A DNA stretch of 43,972 nucleotides, taken from contig SHXL01000001.1 in the NCBI GenBank assembly GCA_009693345.1, positions 1-43,972 of the forward strand, written 5' to 3'. The translations under genes and the position numbers were made by a program. Of this stretch, positions 26,534-34,942 are shown in pieces (within the stretch, counting starts at the first letter, position 1; every line of letters begins with the position of its first letter). This stretch comes from Betaproteobacteria bacterium. Lineage in GTDB: Bacteria; Pseudomonadota; Gammaproteobacteria; Burkholderiales; SG8-39. The notes below the pieces were generated by a model. The model was given only the letters and a program-made list of their open reading frames with translations. It had not been told where the DNA came from and made no database searches.

Positions 26534-26537
<4 letters not shown>

Positions 26538-27226
26538 GCGGCCTTCCGTGCAGTTTTCCCTGCGGGGGCGAGGCGCACGACGCGTTTGACGAAGATTCCC
26601 GGCGTGACCACCATTTCGGGATCGAGCTCGCCGAGTTCGACGCTCTCGCGCACCTGCACCACGGTGCATTTTGCCGCCGCGGCCATGATGGGTGCGAAAT
26701 TGCGCGCGGTCTTGCGGTAGGTGAGGTTGCCCCAGCGGTCGGCGCGGTCCGCCTTGATCAGCGCGTAGTCGGCGTGGATCGGGTATTCGAGCACATAGTC
26801 GCGGCCGTCGATGCGGCGCGTCTCCTTGCCCTCCGCGAGGCGCGTGCCGAACGCGGTCGGCGTGAAAAAGCCGCCGATGCCGGCGCCCGCGGCGCGGATG
26901 CGTTCGGCGAGCGTGCCCTGCGGCACCAGTTCCAGTTCCAATTTTCCGGCGCGGTAGAGTTTGTCGAAATGCCACGAATCGGTCTGGCGCGGGAACGAGC
27001 ACAGGATCTTGCGCACCCGGCCCGCGCCGATCAGCGCGGCGAGCCCGGCATCGGCGTTGCCCGCGTTGTTGTTCACCACGGTGAGGTCCGTCGCGCCCTG
27101 CGCGATCAGGCAGTCGATCAGTTCCGCGGGCATGCCGGCGCCGCCGAAGCCACTGATCATCACCGTGGCGCCGTCGTGCACGTCGGCCAGCGCGGCTTCG
27201 GGCGTGGCGAAGAATTTGTTGATCAT
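26534..27226 (-). CDS. scoA: 3-oxoacid CoA-transferase subunit A
   Basis: This is the C-terminal 230 aa of ORF 26534..27319, starting at ATG 27226. Pattern: MINKFFATPEAALADVHDGATVMISGFGGAGMPAELI...VPQGTLAERIRAAGAGIGGFFTPT... Confidence 0.92.
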
Positions 27227-27516
27227 GGGCCGCGAATTATCGCGCCAAAGGGTTTTTCGCCTTTTCAGTGAGTAACTACTAACAACTAAGAAATTACATT
27301 GAATTAATTTTATATCCATATGATAAATAACAATAATTAAAATATAGAAACTGTCTCCAATAGTTCAGCTAAGTGGTTGTCTCGACTGAAGAAATTCGGT
27401 TGTCTAGCTTGACCTGTCTCCCTCTTTCGGATTAAAGTGGGAAAACGTAGAAAAAAGTGGCTCAAAAATGCCGAAGCGTTCGGTTTGACCGGTCCAGGTG
27501 GAGGAGACAAAAAGAG
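27227..27516. promoter_or_regulatory. Divergent scoA / mraZ (dcw) control region containing a very AT-rich island
   Basis: This is a 290-bp non-coding spacer between divergent genes. Hand counts give about 24% G+C over 27261-27370 and about 12% over 27291-27350, against a ~2/3 G+C background. A candidate sigma70-like pair is TTGACC (27409-27414), 16 nt spacer, ATTAAA (27431-27436). SD GGAGGAGA lies at 27500-27507, before the mraZ ATG at 27517. Confidence 0.6.
27437..27461 (+). promoter_or_regulatory. Candidate MraZ operator: three 10-bp-phased GTGG-like direct repeats
   Basis: GTGGGaaaacGTAGAaaaaaGTGGC has pentamers at 27437, 27447 and 27457. This has the same architecture as the (G)TGGG-N5 triple repeat bound by E. 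coli MraZ. A further AAGTGG lies at 27371-27376. Confidence 0.45.
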
Positions 27517-27966
27517 ATGAGCGGTACGTTTCACGGCGCAACTGTCCTCACACTGGACGCCAAGGGCAGGCTCGCCATCCCCACGCGGCACCGCGACGCG
27601 CTGGTCGCTGTGAGCCGAACCCTGGTGCTCAGCGCGCACCCGGAGGGCTGCGCGCTCATCTATCCCGAAACCGCCTGGGAGCGCGTGCGCGCGCAGGTGG
27701 AGAAATTTCCCAGCTTCCATCCGCAGGCGAGCTGGTGGAAGCGCCTGCTGCTTGGCTTCGAGGAGCACACCGCGCCGGATGCCTCGGGCCGTGTGCTGTT
27801 GTCGAGCGGTCTGCGGCTGCACGCCAAGCTCGAGCGCGAGGTCATGCTGGTCGGCCAGGGACACTATTTCGAACTCTGGGATTCAGGCGTCTGGAGCGCG
27901 AAGCTCGCCGCCGCGCTGTCCGTTTCCGGCGCCCCGCCTCCGGGCATGGAGGGCTTCTCGCTGTGA
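27517..27966 (+). CDS. mraZ: Transcriptional regulator MraZ
   Basis: This is the C-terminal 149 aa of ORF 27457..27966, starting at ATG 27517 with a strong SD. Pattern: MSGTFHGATVLTLDAKGRLAIPTRHRDAL...GRVLLSSGLRLHAKLEREVMLVGQGHYFELW (duplicated SpoVT/AbrB-like MraZ halves). Confidence 0.95.
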   Translation: MSGTFHGATVLTLDAKGRLAIPTRHRDALVAVSRTLVLSAHPEGCALIYPETAWERVRAQVEKFPSFHPQASWWKRLLLGFEEHTAPDASGRVLLSSGLRLHAKLEREVMLVGQGHYFELWDSGVWSAKLAAALSVSGAPPPGMEGFSL

Positions 27967-27972
27967 CGGCGG

Positions 27973-28989
27973 GTGCGGACGATGAGCACACCATCGCTCG
28001 GGAAACCCACTGCTCATCGCCCAGTCCTTCTCGAGGAGGCCGTTGCCGCCCTCGCCATCCGCACCGACGGCGTCTATGTGGACGCCACGTTCGGCCGCGG
28101 CGGCCACAGCCGCGCGATCCTCGAGCGGCTCGGGCCCTCGGGTCGGCTGATCGCGCTGGACCGCGATCCGCAGGCGGTTGCCGCCGCGCGCGAGATCACG
28201 GATCCGCGCTTCAGCATCGCGCACGCGCCCTTCAGCGAACTTGCGCAAGTGCTCGATCGGCAGGGGATCGAGCAGGTGCAGGGGGTGCTCACGGACCTCG
28301 GCGTCTCCTCGCCACAACTCGAAGATCCGGCGCGCGGCTTCTCGTTCCGCGCCGACGGTCCGCTCGACATGCGCATGGATCCGACCCGCGGCGTTTCGGC
28401 CGCGGACTGGCTGGCCACGGCAACAGAACAACAAATCCGGGAGGCAATCGGTGGCTATGGCGAAGAACGGTTTGCTAAACAGGTTGCAAAGGCGATTGTT
28501 GATGCTCGGGCACGCGAGCCGCTCGTCCGCACCGAGCAACTTGCCGCTGTCGTGGCTGCGGCGGTCCGCACACGGGAAGCAGGCCAGAATCCGGCGACGC
28601 GCACCTTTCAGGCTCTACGGATTCTCGTCAATCGGGAGCTTGAGGAAATCGCGATGATGCTGCCGCAGGCCACCGCGCGGCTCGCGCCCGAGGCCCGGCT
28701 CGCAGTGATCGCCTTCCATTCACTGGAGGACCGACTCGTCAAGCGCTTCCTGCGCGCCTGCTCCGCGGACAACCTGCCCGCGGATTTGCCGATTCGCGCC
28801 CGGGATTTGCCACAACCGCCGCTCAGAATCCTGGGCAAGGCGGCGCGTGCCTCGGCGGCGGAAGTCGCGGCCAACCCGCGCGCGCGCAGCGCGACCCTGC
28901 GCGTCGCCGAGCGCAGCAATGCAGCACTTGATCCTGCCGTACTGAAGCGTGCACTTTCCGAACACGGGCCCGACGCGTGGCGAAGCTGA
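27973..28989 (+). CDS. rsmH: 16S rRNA (cytosine1402-N4)-methyltransferase RsmH (MraW)
   Basis: ORF 27973..28989. Start is GTG 27973 or ATG 27982. Pattern: [10 protein letters not shown]...[12 protein letters not shown]...[18 protein letters not shown]...GPLDMRMD...[10 protein letters not shown]. Confidence 0.95.
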   Translation: MRTMSTPSLGKPTAHRPVLLEEAVAALAIRTDGVYVDATFGRGGHSRAILERLGPSGRLIALDRDPQAVAAAREITDPRFSIAHAPFSELAQVLDRQGIEQVQGVLTDLGVSSPQLEDPARGFSFRADGPLDMRMDPTRGVSAADWLATATEQQIREAIGGYGEERFAKQVAKAIVDARAREPLVRTEQLAAVVAAAVRTREAGQNPATRTFQALRILVNRELEEIAMMLPQATARLAPEARLAVIAFHSLEDRLVKRFLRACSADNLPADLPIRARDLPQPPLRILGKAARASAAEVAANPRARSATLRVAERSNAALDPAVLKRALSEHGPDAWRS

Positions 28990-29258
28990 ACCTCCTCCTC
29001 CTCCTGGTTCTCATCGTCTGCGCGCTCGGGCTCGTCACCTCCCAGCATGAAACGCGCAAGCTCTTCACGCGGCTCGAACGCGAGCAGGAGCGCGCCCGCG
29101 CGCTGGACGTCGAATTCGGCCAGCTGCAGCTGGAGTCGAGCACCTGGGGCCTGCATTCGCGCGTCGAGAAGATCGCCGCGGGCACGCTCGGCATGCGCGC
29201 GCCCGATCCGCGCCGCGTGCGGATGGTTCAGATCCGCGCAGGAGAGCCGCAGCCTTGA
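28977..29258 (+). CDS. ftsL: Cell division protein FtsL
   Basis: ORF 28977..29258, 93 aa. It is a bitopic protein ([17 protein letters not shown]) followed by a coiled coil ([21 protein letters not shown]). Its position between rsmH and ftsI supports the call. The GTG start overlaps the rsmH 3' end by 13 nt. Confidence 0.85.
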   Translation: MAKLNLLLLLVLIVCALGLVTSQHETRKLFTRLEREQERARALDVEFGQLQLESSTWGLHSRVEKIAAGTLGMRAPDPRRVRMVQIRAGEPQP

Positions 29259-30994
29259 TCGCGGCCAGCGTGCCGATGATGGTCCGGCTGCCGGTATGGC
29301 GCGCGCGCTTCGCGCTTGCCGCATTGCTGGCCGCGTTCCTGGTGCTGGCCGGCCGTTCGGTCTATCTGCAGTCGATGCATACCGTCTTCCTGCAGGGCAA
29401 GGGCGAGGCGCGCTATTCGCGAGTCCTGGAAGTTCCGGCCACGCGCGGCCGGATCGTGGACCGCAATGGCGAGGCGCTCGCCATCTCGACGCCGGTCAAA
29501 TCGGTGTGGGCGATCCCGGAGGACGTGAACGCGACCCCCGCGCAGCTGAAGAGCCTGGCGGTGTTGCTGCCGCTCGACCCGCGCGAACTGGCGCGCAAGT
29601 TCTCGGAGGCCGAGCGCGAGTTCGTCTACCTGAAGCGCCAGATTGCGCCCGAGGCCGCCGCCCGCGTCCTCGAGCTGGGCATCGCCGGCATCCACCAGCA
29701 GAACGAGTACCGCCGCTACTACCCGGGGGGCGAATCGACCGCGCACGTGGTCGGCTTCACCGGCGTGGATGACGTGGGCCAGGAAGGCATCGAGCTCGCG
29801 CAGCAGGCGGTGCTGGCCGGCGCCGCGGGCAGCCGCCGCGTGATCAAGGACCGGCTCGGCCGCGTCGTCGAGGACGTCGAATCGATCCGCGCCGCGCAGG
29901 ACGGGCGCGATCTCAGCCTGTCTATCGACAGCAAGATCCAGAACCTCGCCTTCGGCGCGCTCAAGGCGGCGGTGGAGGCCCACAAGGCAAAGGCCGGCGC
30001 GATCGTGGTGCTCGACGTGCGCACGGGCGAGGTCCTCGCGCTCGCCAACATGCCCACCTACAACCCGAACAACCGTGCCCGCCTGACCGGCGCGCAGCTG
30101 CGTAACCGCGTCATGACCGATACCTTCGAGCCGGGTTCGACATTGAAGCCCTTTACCGTCGGCCTGGCCATCGAGACGGGAAGGATCACGCCGCAGACCG
30201 TGATCCAGACTTCGCCCGGCACGCTCACCATCGCGAGCTACACCATCCACGATGCGCATGCAGGTGGACCCGGCGGCGGCGCGCTGACCGTCGCGCAGGT
30301 GATCCAGAAGTCCTCCAACGTGGGTGCGGCGAAGATCGCGCTCTCGATGCCGCGCGAGGAAATGCACGACATGTTCAAGCGCGTCGGCTTCGGCAGCGTG
30401 CCGCAGCTGGGATTTCCGGGCGAGGCAGTCGGCCGGGTGCGCGAAGCCAGGACCTGGCGTCCCGTGGAGCAGGCGACCATGGCCTACGGCCACGGTATTT
30501 CAGTCAGCCTGATCCAGCTCGCGCGCGCCTATACCGTGTTTGCGCGCGATGGCGAACTCGCGCCGCTGTCGCTGCTGAAGACCGGCGCGCCGGCCGAAGG
30601 CAAGCGCGTGTTCTCTCCGGAGGTTGCGCGCGCGCTGCGCGAAATGCTGGAGGCGGCGGTGCAGCCCGGCGGCACCGCGCCGCGTGCCCGTATCGTCGGC
30701 TGGCGCGTGGGCGGCAAGACCGGCACCGCGCACAAGCAGGAAAACGGCGGTTACGCGGCGCACAAGTACGTCTCTTCGTTCGTCGGCTTCGCGCCGGTGT
30801 CCGACCCGCGCCTGGTGATCGCCGTGATGCTGGATGAACCCTCGGCGGGCCAGTACTACGGCGGCCAGGTGGCGGCGCCGGTGTTCGCGCAGGTCATGCA
30901 GGGCGCGCTGCGCCTGCTCGGGGCACCCTACGACGCGCCGCTCGCGCCCATCGAGTTGCCCGGGGAGGGTGACGAGGCAAAGGAGAACACGTAA
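29255..30994 (+). CDS. ftsI: Peptidoglycan D,D-transpeptidase FtsI (PBP3)
   Basis: ORF 29255..30994. TTG 29255 overlaps the ftsL stop (TTGA); ATG 29276 is the alternative. N-terminal TM segment. SxxK (GSTLKPF), SxN (KSSNVG) and KTG (GGKTGTA) motifs are present. Confidence 0.95.
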   Translation: MIAASVPMMVRLPVWRARFALAALLAAFLVLAGRSVYLQSMHTVFLQGKGEARYSRVLEVPATRGRIVDRNGEALAISTPVKSVWAIPEDVNATPAQLKSLAVLLPLDPRELARKFSEAEREFVYLKRQIAPEAAARVLELGIAGIHQQNEYRRYYPGGESTAHVVGFTGVDDVGQEGIELAQQAVLAGAAGSRRVIKDRLGRVVEDVESIRAAQDGRDLSLSIDSKIQNLAFGALKAAVEAHKAKAGAIVVLDVRTGEVLALANMPTYNPNNRARLTGAQLRNRVMTDTFEPGSTLKPFTVGLAIETGRITPQTVIQTSPGTLTIASYTIHDAHAGGPGGGALTVAQVIQKSSNVGAAKIALSMPREEMHDMFKRVGFGSVPQLGFPGEAVGRVREARTWRPVEQATMAYGHGISVSLIQLARAYTVFARDGELAPLSLLKTGAPAEGKRVFSPEVARALREMLEAAVQPGGTAPRARIVGWRVGGKTGTAHKQENGGYAAHKYVSSFVGFAPVSDPRLVIAVMLDEPSAGQYYGGQVAAPVFAQVMQGALRLLGAPYDAPLAPIELPGEGDEAKENT

Positions 30995-31032
30995 TTGAAA
31001 ATGTTCTTGCGCTGCTTGCGCGCCAAGGCGCA

Positions 31033-32475
31033 GTGATCGAGCGGCTTACCTCCGACAGCCGGAGCGCGGCGCCCGGCGCCGCGTTCTTCGCCTGGCCGGG
31101 TGAAGCTACCGACGGCCGGCGCTACATCGCGCAGGCGATCGAGCACGGCAGCGCGGCGGTCGTCTGGGAGAGCGATGGCTTTGCCTGGGACGCCGGCTGG
31201 AAAGTGCCCAACGCCGGCCTCAAGGATCTCAAGCTGCAGGCGGGTTTTCTCGCGCATGAGTTTTACGGCCGGCCCTCCGATTCGATGTGGGTCTGCGGCG
31301 TCACCGGCACCAACGGCAAAACCTCGTGCTCCCATTGGCTGTCACATGCTTTGTCGATTCAAAAAACAAGAACGGGCGTGATCGGAACGCTGGGGAGCGG
31401 TTTTCCTTCTAATTTGAGTTCAATCAAAAACACGACTCCCGACGCGCTCGAAGTGCATCGCCTGCTCGCGGAATTCAAGTCCGCCGGCGCGATTGCCGTG
31501 GCGATGGAAGCGTCCTCGCACGGCCTCGACCAGGGGCGCGTCAACGGCGTCGCCTTCGACTGCGCGCTGTTCACCAATCTCACGCACGACCACCTCGACT
31601 ATCACGGCACGATGGCGGCGTATGGCGAGGCGAAGGCGCGGCTGATCGACACGCCCGCTCTGGAGAGCGCCGTTCTCAATCTGGACGATCCCTTCGGCCT
31701 GCGCCTTGCAGGGCGGGCCGCAGCCCGCGGCGTGCGCACGATCGGCTATGGTCTTGCGCACGCCACGGCAGCCCGGGACGCGGTGGACGATTTTGTCTTT
31801 GCGCACGACATCCGCATCGAGGGCGCAATCACACATGTCGCGCTCCAGTCGAGCTGGGGAGCGGCGGCCGCGACGATCAACCAGATCGGGCGCTTCAATG
31901 TCGCGAACGCCCTCGGCGTGCTGGGGTGCCTGCTGGCGCACGGCGTGGCGTTTCACGAAGCAGCGGCGCTCCTCGCAGCCTTGCCGCCGGTTCCCGGCCG
32001 CATGCAGAAAATTGCGGAACAGCCAGGGCGTCCGCTGGTGGTGGTCGATTACGCGCACACGCCCGATGCGCTGGACAAGGCGCTTATGGCGCTCAAGCCC
32101 GTCGCGCAGTCGCGCGGCGGCCGACTCGTCGCGGTGTTCGGGGCAGGCGGCGACCGGGATGCCGGCAAGCGGCCCTTGATGGGTGCCATCGTCTCCCGCC
32201 TCGCCGACCGCGTGGTGCTGACCTCCGACAACCCACGCGGCGAGGATCCGGCGGCGATACTGAGGGCGATACGCCGGGGCGTGTCCGGCGACTGCATCAC
32301 GGAACTCGACCGCGAAACGGCCATCGTGTCGGCCATCGAAGCCGCGGCTGCGGCGGACGTCGTGTTGATCGCCGGAAAAGGCCACGAGGAATACCAGGAG
32401 ATCGCGGGCGCGCGTCTGCCGTTCTCCGACGCCAGGGTTGCCGTTGCCGCGCTCGGCGGCTGGGGGCGTGGATGA
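31033..32475 (+). CDS. murE: UDP-N-acetylmuramoyl-L-alanyl-D-glutamate--2,6-diaminopimelate ligase MurE
   Basis: ORF 31033..32475. Patterns: GVTGTNGKTS P-loop, ...EASSHGL..., DNPR motif (LTSDNPRGEDP). The true start is probably upstream of GTG 31033 (see the finding on ATT 30994). Confidence 0.95.
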   Translation: MIERLTSDSRSAAPGAAFFAWPGEATDGRRYIAQAIEHGSAAVVWESDGFAWDAGWKVPNAGLKDLKLQAGFLAHEFYGRPSDSMWVCGVTGTNGKTSCSHWLSHALSIQKTRTGVIGTLGSGFPSNLSSIKNTTPDALEVHRLLAEFKSAGAIAVAMEASSHGLDQGRVNGVAFDCALFTNLTHDHLDYHGTMAAYGEAKARLIDTPALESAVLNLDDPFGLRLAGRAAARGVRTIGYGLAHATAARDAVDDFVFAHDIRIEGAITHVALQSSWGAAAATINQIGRFNVANALGVLGCLLAHGVAFHEAAALLAALPPVPGRMQKIAEQPGRPLVVVDYAHTPDALDKALMALKPVAQSRGGRLVAVFGAGGDRDAGKRPLMGAIVSRLADRVVLTSDNPRGEDPAAILRAIRRGVSGDCITELDRETAIVSAIEAAAAADVVLIAGKGHEEYQEIAGARLPFSDARVAVAALGGWGRG

Positions 32476-33851
32476 TGAGCCTCGCCGAAGCCGCCGGCGC
32501 GATGGGTGCCCGCCTCGCGAACGACGGCGCAGGCGCCTGCGATGAGCTTCGCTTGCGCGGCGTTTCCACCGACACGCGCTCGATCGGCAAGGACCAGTTG
32601 TTCGTCGCTATCCGCGGCGAGCACTACGACGGCCATGATTTCCTCGCGATGGCGCAGGAGCGCGGCGCGGTGGCGGCGCTGGTGGATGAAAGCTACGTCG
32701 GCAAAGCGCCTCTTCCTCTACTGGTGGCAGACGACACGCGGCGCGCACTCGGGCGCCTGGGCAGGAACTGGCGCCTGCGTTTCGCGCCGGTGGTGATCGC
32801 GATCGCGGGCTCGAACGGCAAGACCACCACCAAGGAAATGCTCGCTTCGATCCTGCGCCGCCACGCCGGCGAGGGCGGCGCGCTCGCCACACGCGGCAAT
32901 CTCAACACCGACATCGGCGTGCCGCTGACGCTGCTCGAGCTGCGCGCCAGCCATCGCTACTGCGCGATCGAGCTTGGCATGAACCACCCGGGCGAAATCG
33001 CGCAACTTGCGGATATCGCGCGGCCCACCGTCGCCCTGGTCAACAACGCGCAGCGCGAGCACCTCGAATTCATGCAATCCGTCGAGGCGGTGGCGGCCGA
33101 GAACGCGAGCGTATTCGATGCGCTGCCGGACGACGGCATCGCGGTGCTGAATGCCGAGGATGCGATGGCCGGCGTGTTCAGGGAGAAAGCCGGCAGGCGC
33201 AGGCGCATCGAGTTCGGCATCACGGCGGGCGAGGTCACGTGCCGCTATGTGCTGAAGGCGCTTGCAAGTGAAATCGTCCTGAATACACCCTCGGGCAAGG
33301 CGCGGGTGACCCTGGCGATCCCCGGGCTGCACAACGTGCGCAATGCGCTCGCCGCCGCGGCCAGCTCGCATGCCGCCGGCATTCCGGCCGATGTCATCGG
33401 CGCCGGACTCGCCGCATTCCAGCCCTACGCCGGCCGGCTGCAGGTGAAGAAGACCTCTGCCGGGGCGACTTTGCTCGACGACAGCTACAACGCCAATCCG
33501 GATTCGGTGCGCGCCGCCATCGACGTGCTTGCTTCCTGTCAGGGCCCGACGGCGCTGGTGCTGGGCGACATGGGCGAGGTAGGCGAGCAGGGCCCCGAAT
33601 TCCACGCCGAAATGGGACGCTACGCCAGGGAACGGGGGGTATCGGTCCTGCTGGCGCTCGGTACCGCCACGCCCGCGGCGGTGAAGGCGTTCGGCGACGG
33701 CGGCCGGCATTTCGACGAAATCGAAAAACTTGTCGCTGCAACAAAGGGCGTCACCACGATTCTCGTCAAGGGCTCGCGCTTCATGAAGATGGAGCGGGTC
33801 GTGGCGGTCCTGGCGGGTGAAATGCGCGGCCCGACAGAGGCGACCCACTGA
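32472..33851 (+). CDS. murF: UDP-N-acetylmuramoyl-tripeptide--D-alanyl-D-alanine ligase MurF
   Basis: This is the C-terminal 459 aa of ORF 31926..33851. ATG 32472 overlaps the murE stop (ATGA). Pattern: [27 protein letters not shown]..., [15 protein letters not shown]. Confidence 0.95.
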   Translation: MMSLAEAAGAMGARLANDGAGACDELRLRGVSTDTRSIGKDQLFVAIRGEHYDGHDFLAMAQERGAVAALVDESYVGKAPLPLLVADDTRRALGRLGRNWRLRFAPVVIAIAGSNGKTTTKEMLASILRRHAGEGGALATRGNLNTDIGVPLTLLELRASHRYCAIELGMNHPGEIAQLADIARPTVALVNNAQREHLEFMQSVEAVAAENASVFDALPDDGIAVLNAEDAMAGVFREKAGRRRRIEFGITAGEVTCRYVLKALASEIVLNTPSGKARVTLAIPGLHNVRNALAAAASSHAAGIPADVIGAGLAAFQPYAGRLQVKKTSAGATLLDDSYNANPDSVRAAIDVLASCQGPTALVLGDMGEVGEQGPEFHAEMGRYARERGVSVLLALGTATPAAVKAFGDGGRHFDEIEKLVAATKGVTTILVKGSRFMKMERVVAVLAGEMRGPTEATH

Positions 33852-34942
33852 TGCTGCTCGAACTTGCCCAATGGCTCGCCAAGGATGTGCGCCTTTTCAA
33901 CGTTTTCAATTACCTCACGCTGCGCGCGGTACTGGCCTGCCTCACCGCGCTGGCGATCTCGCTGATCCTCGGACCCTACGTGATCCGCAAGCTCACTGCC
34001 TACAAGATCGGCCAAGCGGTGCGCGACGACGGGCCCAAGTCGCACCTCACGAAGGCGGGCACGCCCACCATGGGCGGGGCGCTGATCCTGCTGTCGATCG
34101 CCATCACCACGCTGCTGTGGGGCGACCTGGGCAACCGCTTCATCTGGGTGGTGCTGCTGGTGACGATCGCCTTCGGCGCCATCGGCTGGATCGACGACTA
34201 CCGCAAGGTCGTGCACCGCGACCCCAGGGGACTGTCGGCGCGGGTGAAGCTCTTCTGGCAGTCGCTGTTCGGGCTGGCCGCGGCCTGCTATCTCGGCTGG
34301 CTCGCGCAGAGCACCCCGTCGTTGAACACCCTGATCGTGCCGTTCTTCAAGTTCGTCGCCTATCCGCTGGGCGCGATCGGCTTCGTCGTGCTCAGCTACT
34401 TTGTCATCGTCGGCACCTCGAACGCGGTGAACCTGACCGACGGGCTGGATGGCCTGGCGATCATGCCGACCGTCATGGTGGGCGGCGCGCTCGGCATCTT
34501 TGCCTACGTCGCGGGCAACGCGGTGTTCTCCAAGTACCTGGGCGTGCCTTACGTCGCCGGCGCGGGCGAGCTGGCGGTGTTTTGCGGCGCGCTGGTCGGC
34601 GCGGGCCTGGGCTTCCTCTGGTTCAACGCCTATCCGGCGGAAGTGTTCATGGGCGATGTCGGCGCGCTGGCGCTGGGCGCCGCGCTGGGCACCATCGCCG
34701 TGATCGTGCGGCAGGAAATCGTGCTCTTCATCATGGGGGGAGTGTTCGTCGCCGAGACGCTGTCGGTGATGATCCAGGTGCTGTATTTCAAGGCCACCGG
34801 CGGCAAGCGCATCTTCCGCATGGCGCCTCTGCACCACCATTACGAACTCGAGGGATGGAAGGAATCCCAGGTGGTGGTGCGCTTCTGGATCATCACCATG
34901 ATGCTGGTGCTGTTCGGCCTCTCGACGCTCAAGCTCAGATGA
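33851..34942 (+). CDS. mraY: Phospho-N-acetylmuramoyl-pentapeptide transferase MraY
   Basis: ORF 33851..34942. ATG shares 1 nt with the murF stop (TGATG). It is polytopic, with the pattern ...KAGTPTMGG...[13 protein letters not shown]...[13 protein letters not shown]...PLHHHYE. Confidence 0.95.
   Translation: MLLELAQWLAKDVRLFNVFNYLTLRAVLACLTALAISLILGPYVIRKLTAYKIGQAVRDDGPKSHLTKAGTPTMGGALILLSIAITTLLWGDLGNRFIWVVLLVTIAFGAIGWIDDYRKVVHRDPRGLSARVKLFWQSLFGLAAACYLGWLAQSTPSLNTLIVPFFKFVAYPLGAIGFVVLSYFVIVGTSNAVNLTDGLDGLAIMPTVMVGGALGIFAYVAGNAVFSKYLGVPYVAGAGELAVFCGALVGAGLGFLWFNAYPAEVFMGDVGALALGAALGTIAVIVRQEIVLFIMGGVFVAETLSVMIQVLYFKATGGKRIFRMAPLHHHYELEGWKESQVVVRFWIITMMLVLFGLSTLKLR

Noticed and set aside
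27309-27320. TTTATATCCATA, considered as a DnaA box / replication-origin-like element in the AT-rich island
   Set aside because: It does not match TTATCCACA without an insertion. There is only one such site and no cluster of boxes. The dcw-upstream location is not an expected origin context.
27320-27340. Mini-ORF ATG ATA AAT AAC AAT AAT TAA (MINNN*) in the AT-rich island, considered as a leader peptide
   Set aside because: It has no SD, and ATG and TAA triplets are expected by chance in DNA of about 12% G+C. No attenuator-like structure follows it.
27351-27368. CTGTCTCCAATAGTTCAG, considered as a LexA/SOS box
   Set aside because: The CTG and CAG half-sites are separated by 12 nt rather than the 10 nt of the gamma/beta-proteobacterial SOS box, and the spacer is not AT-alternating.
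28991-29005. CTC trinucleotide run (CCTCCTCCTCCTCCT) in ftsL, considered as a contingency-type simple repeat
   Set aside because: It is in frame and simply encodes the Leu stretch of the FtsL transmembrane helix. The repeat is too short to argue for phase variation.
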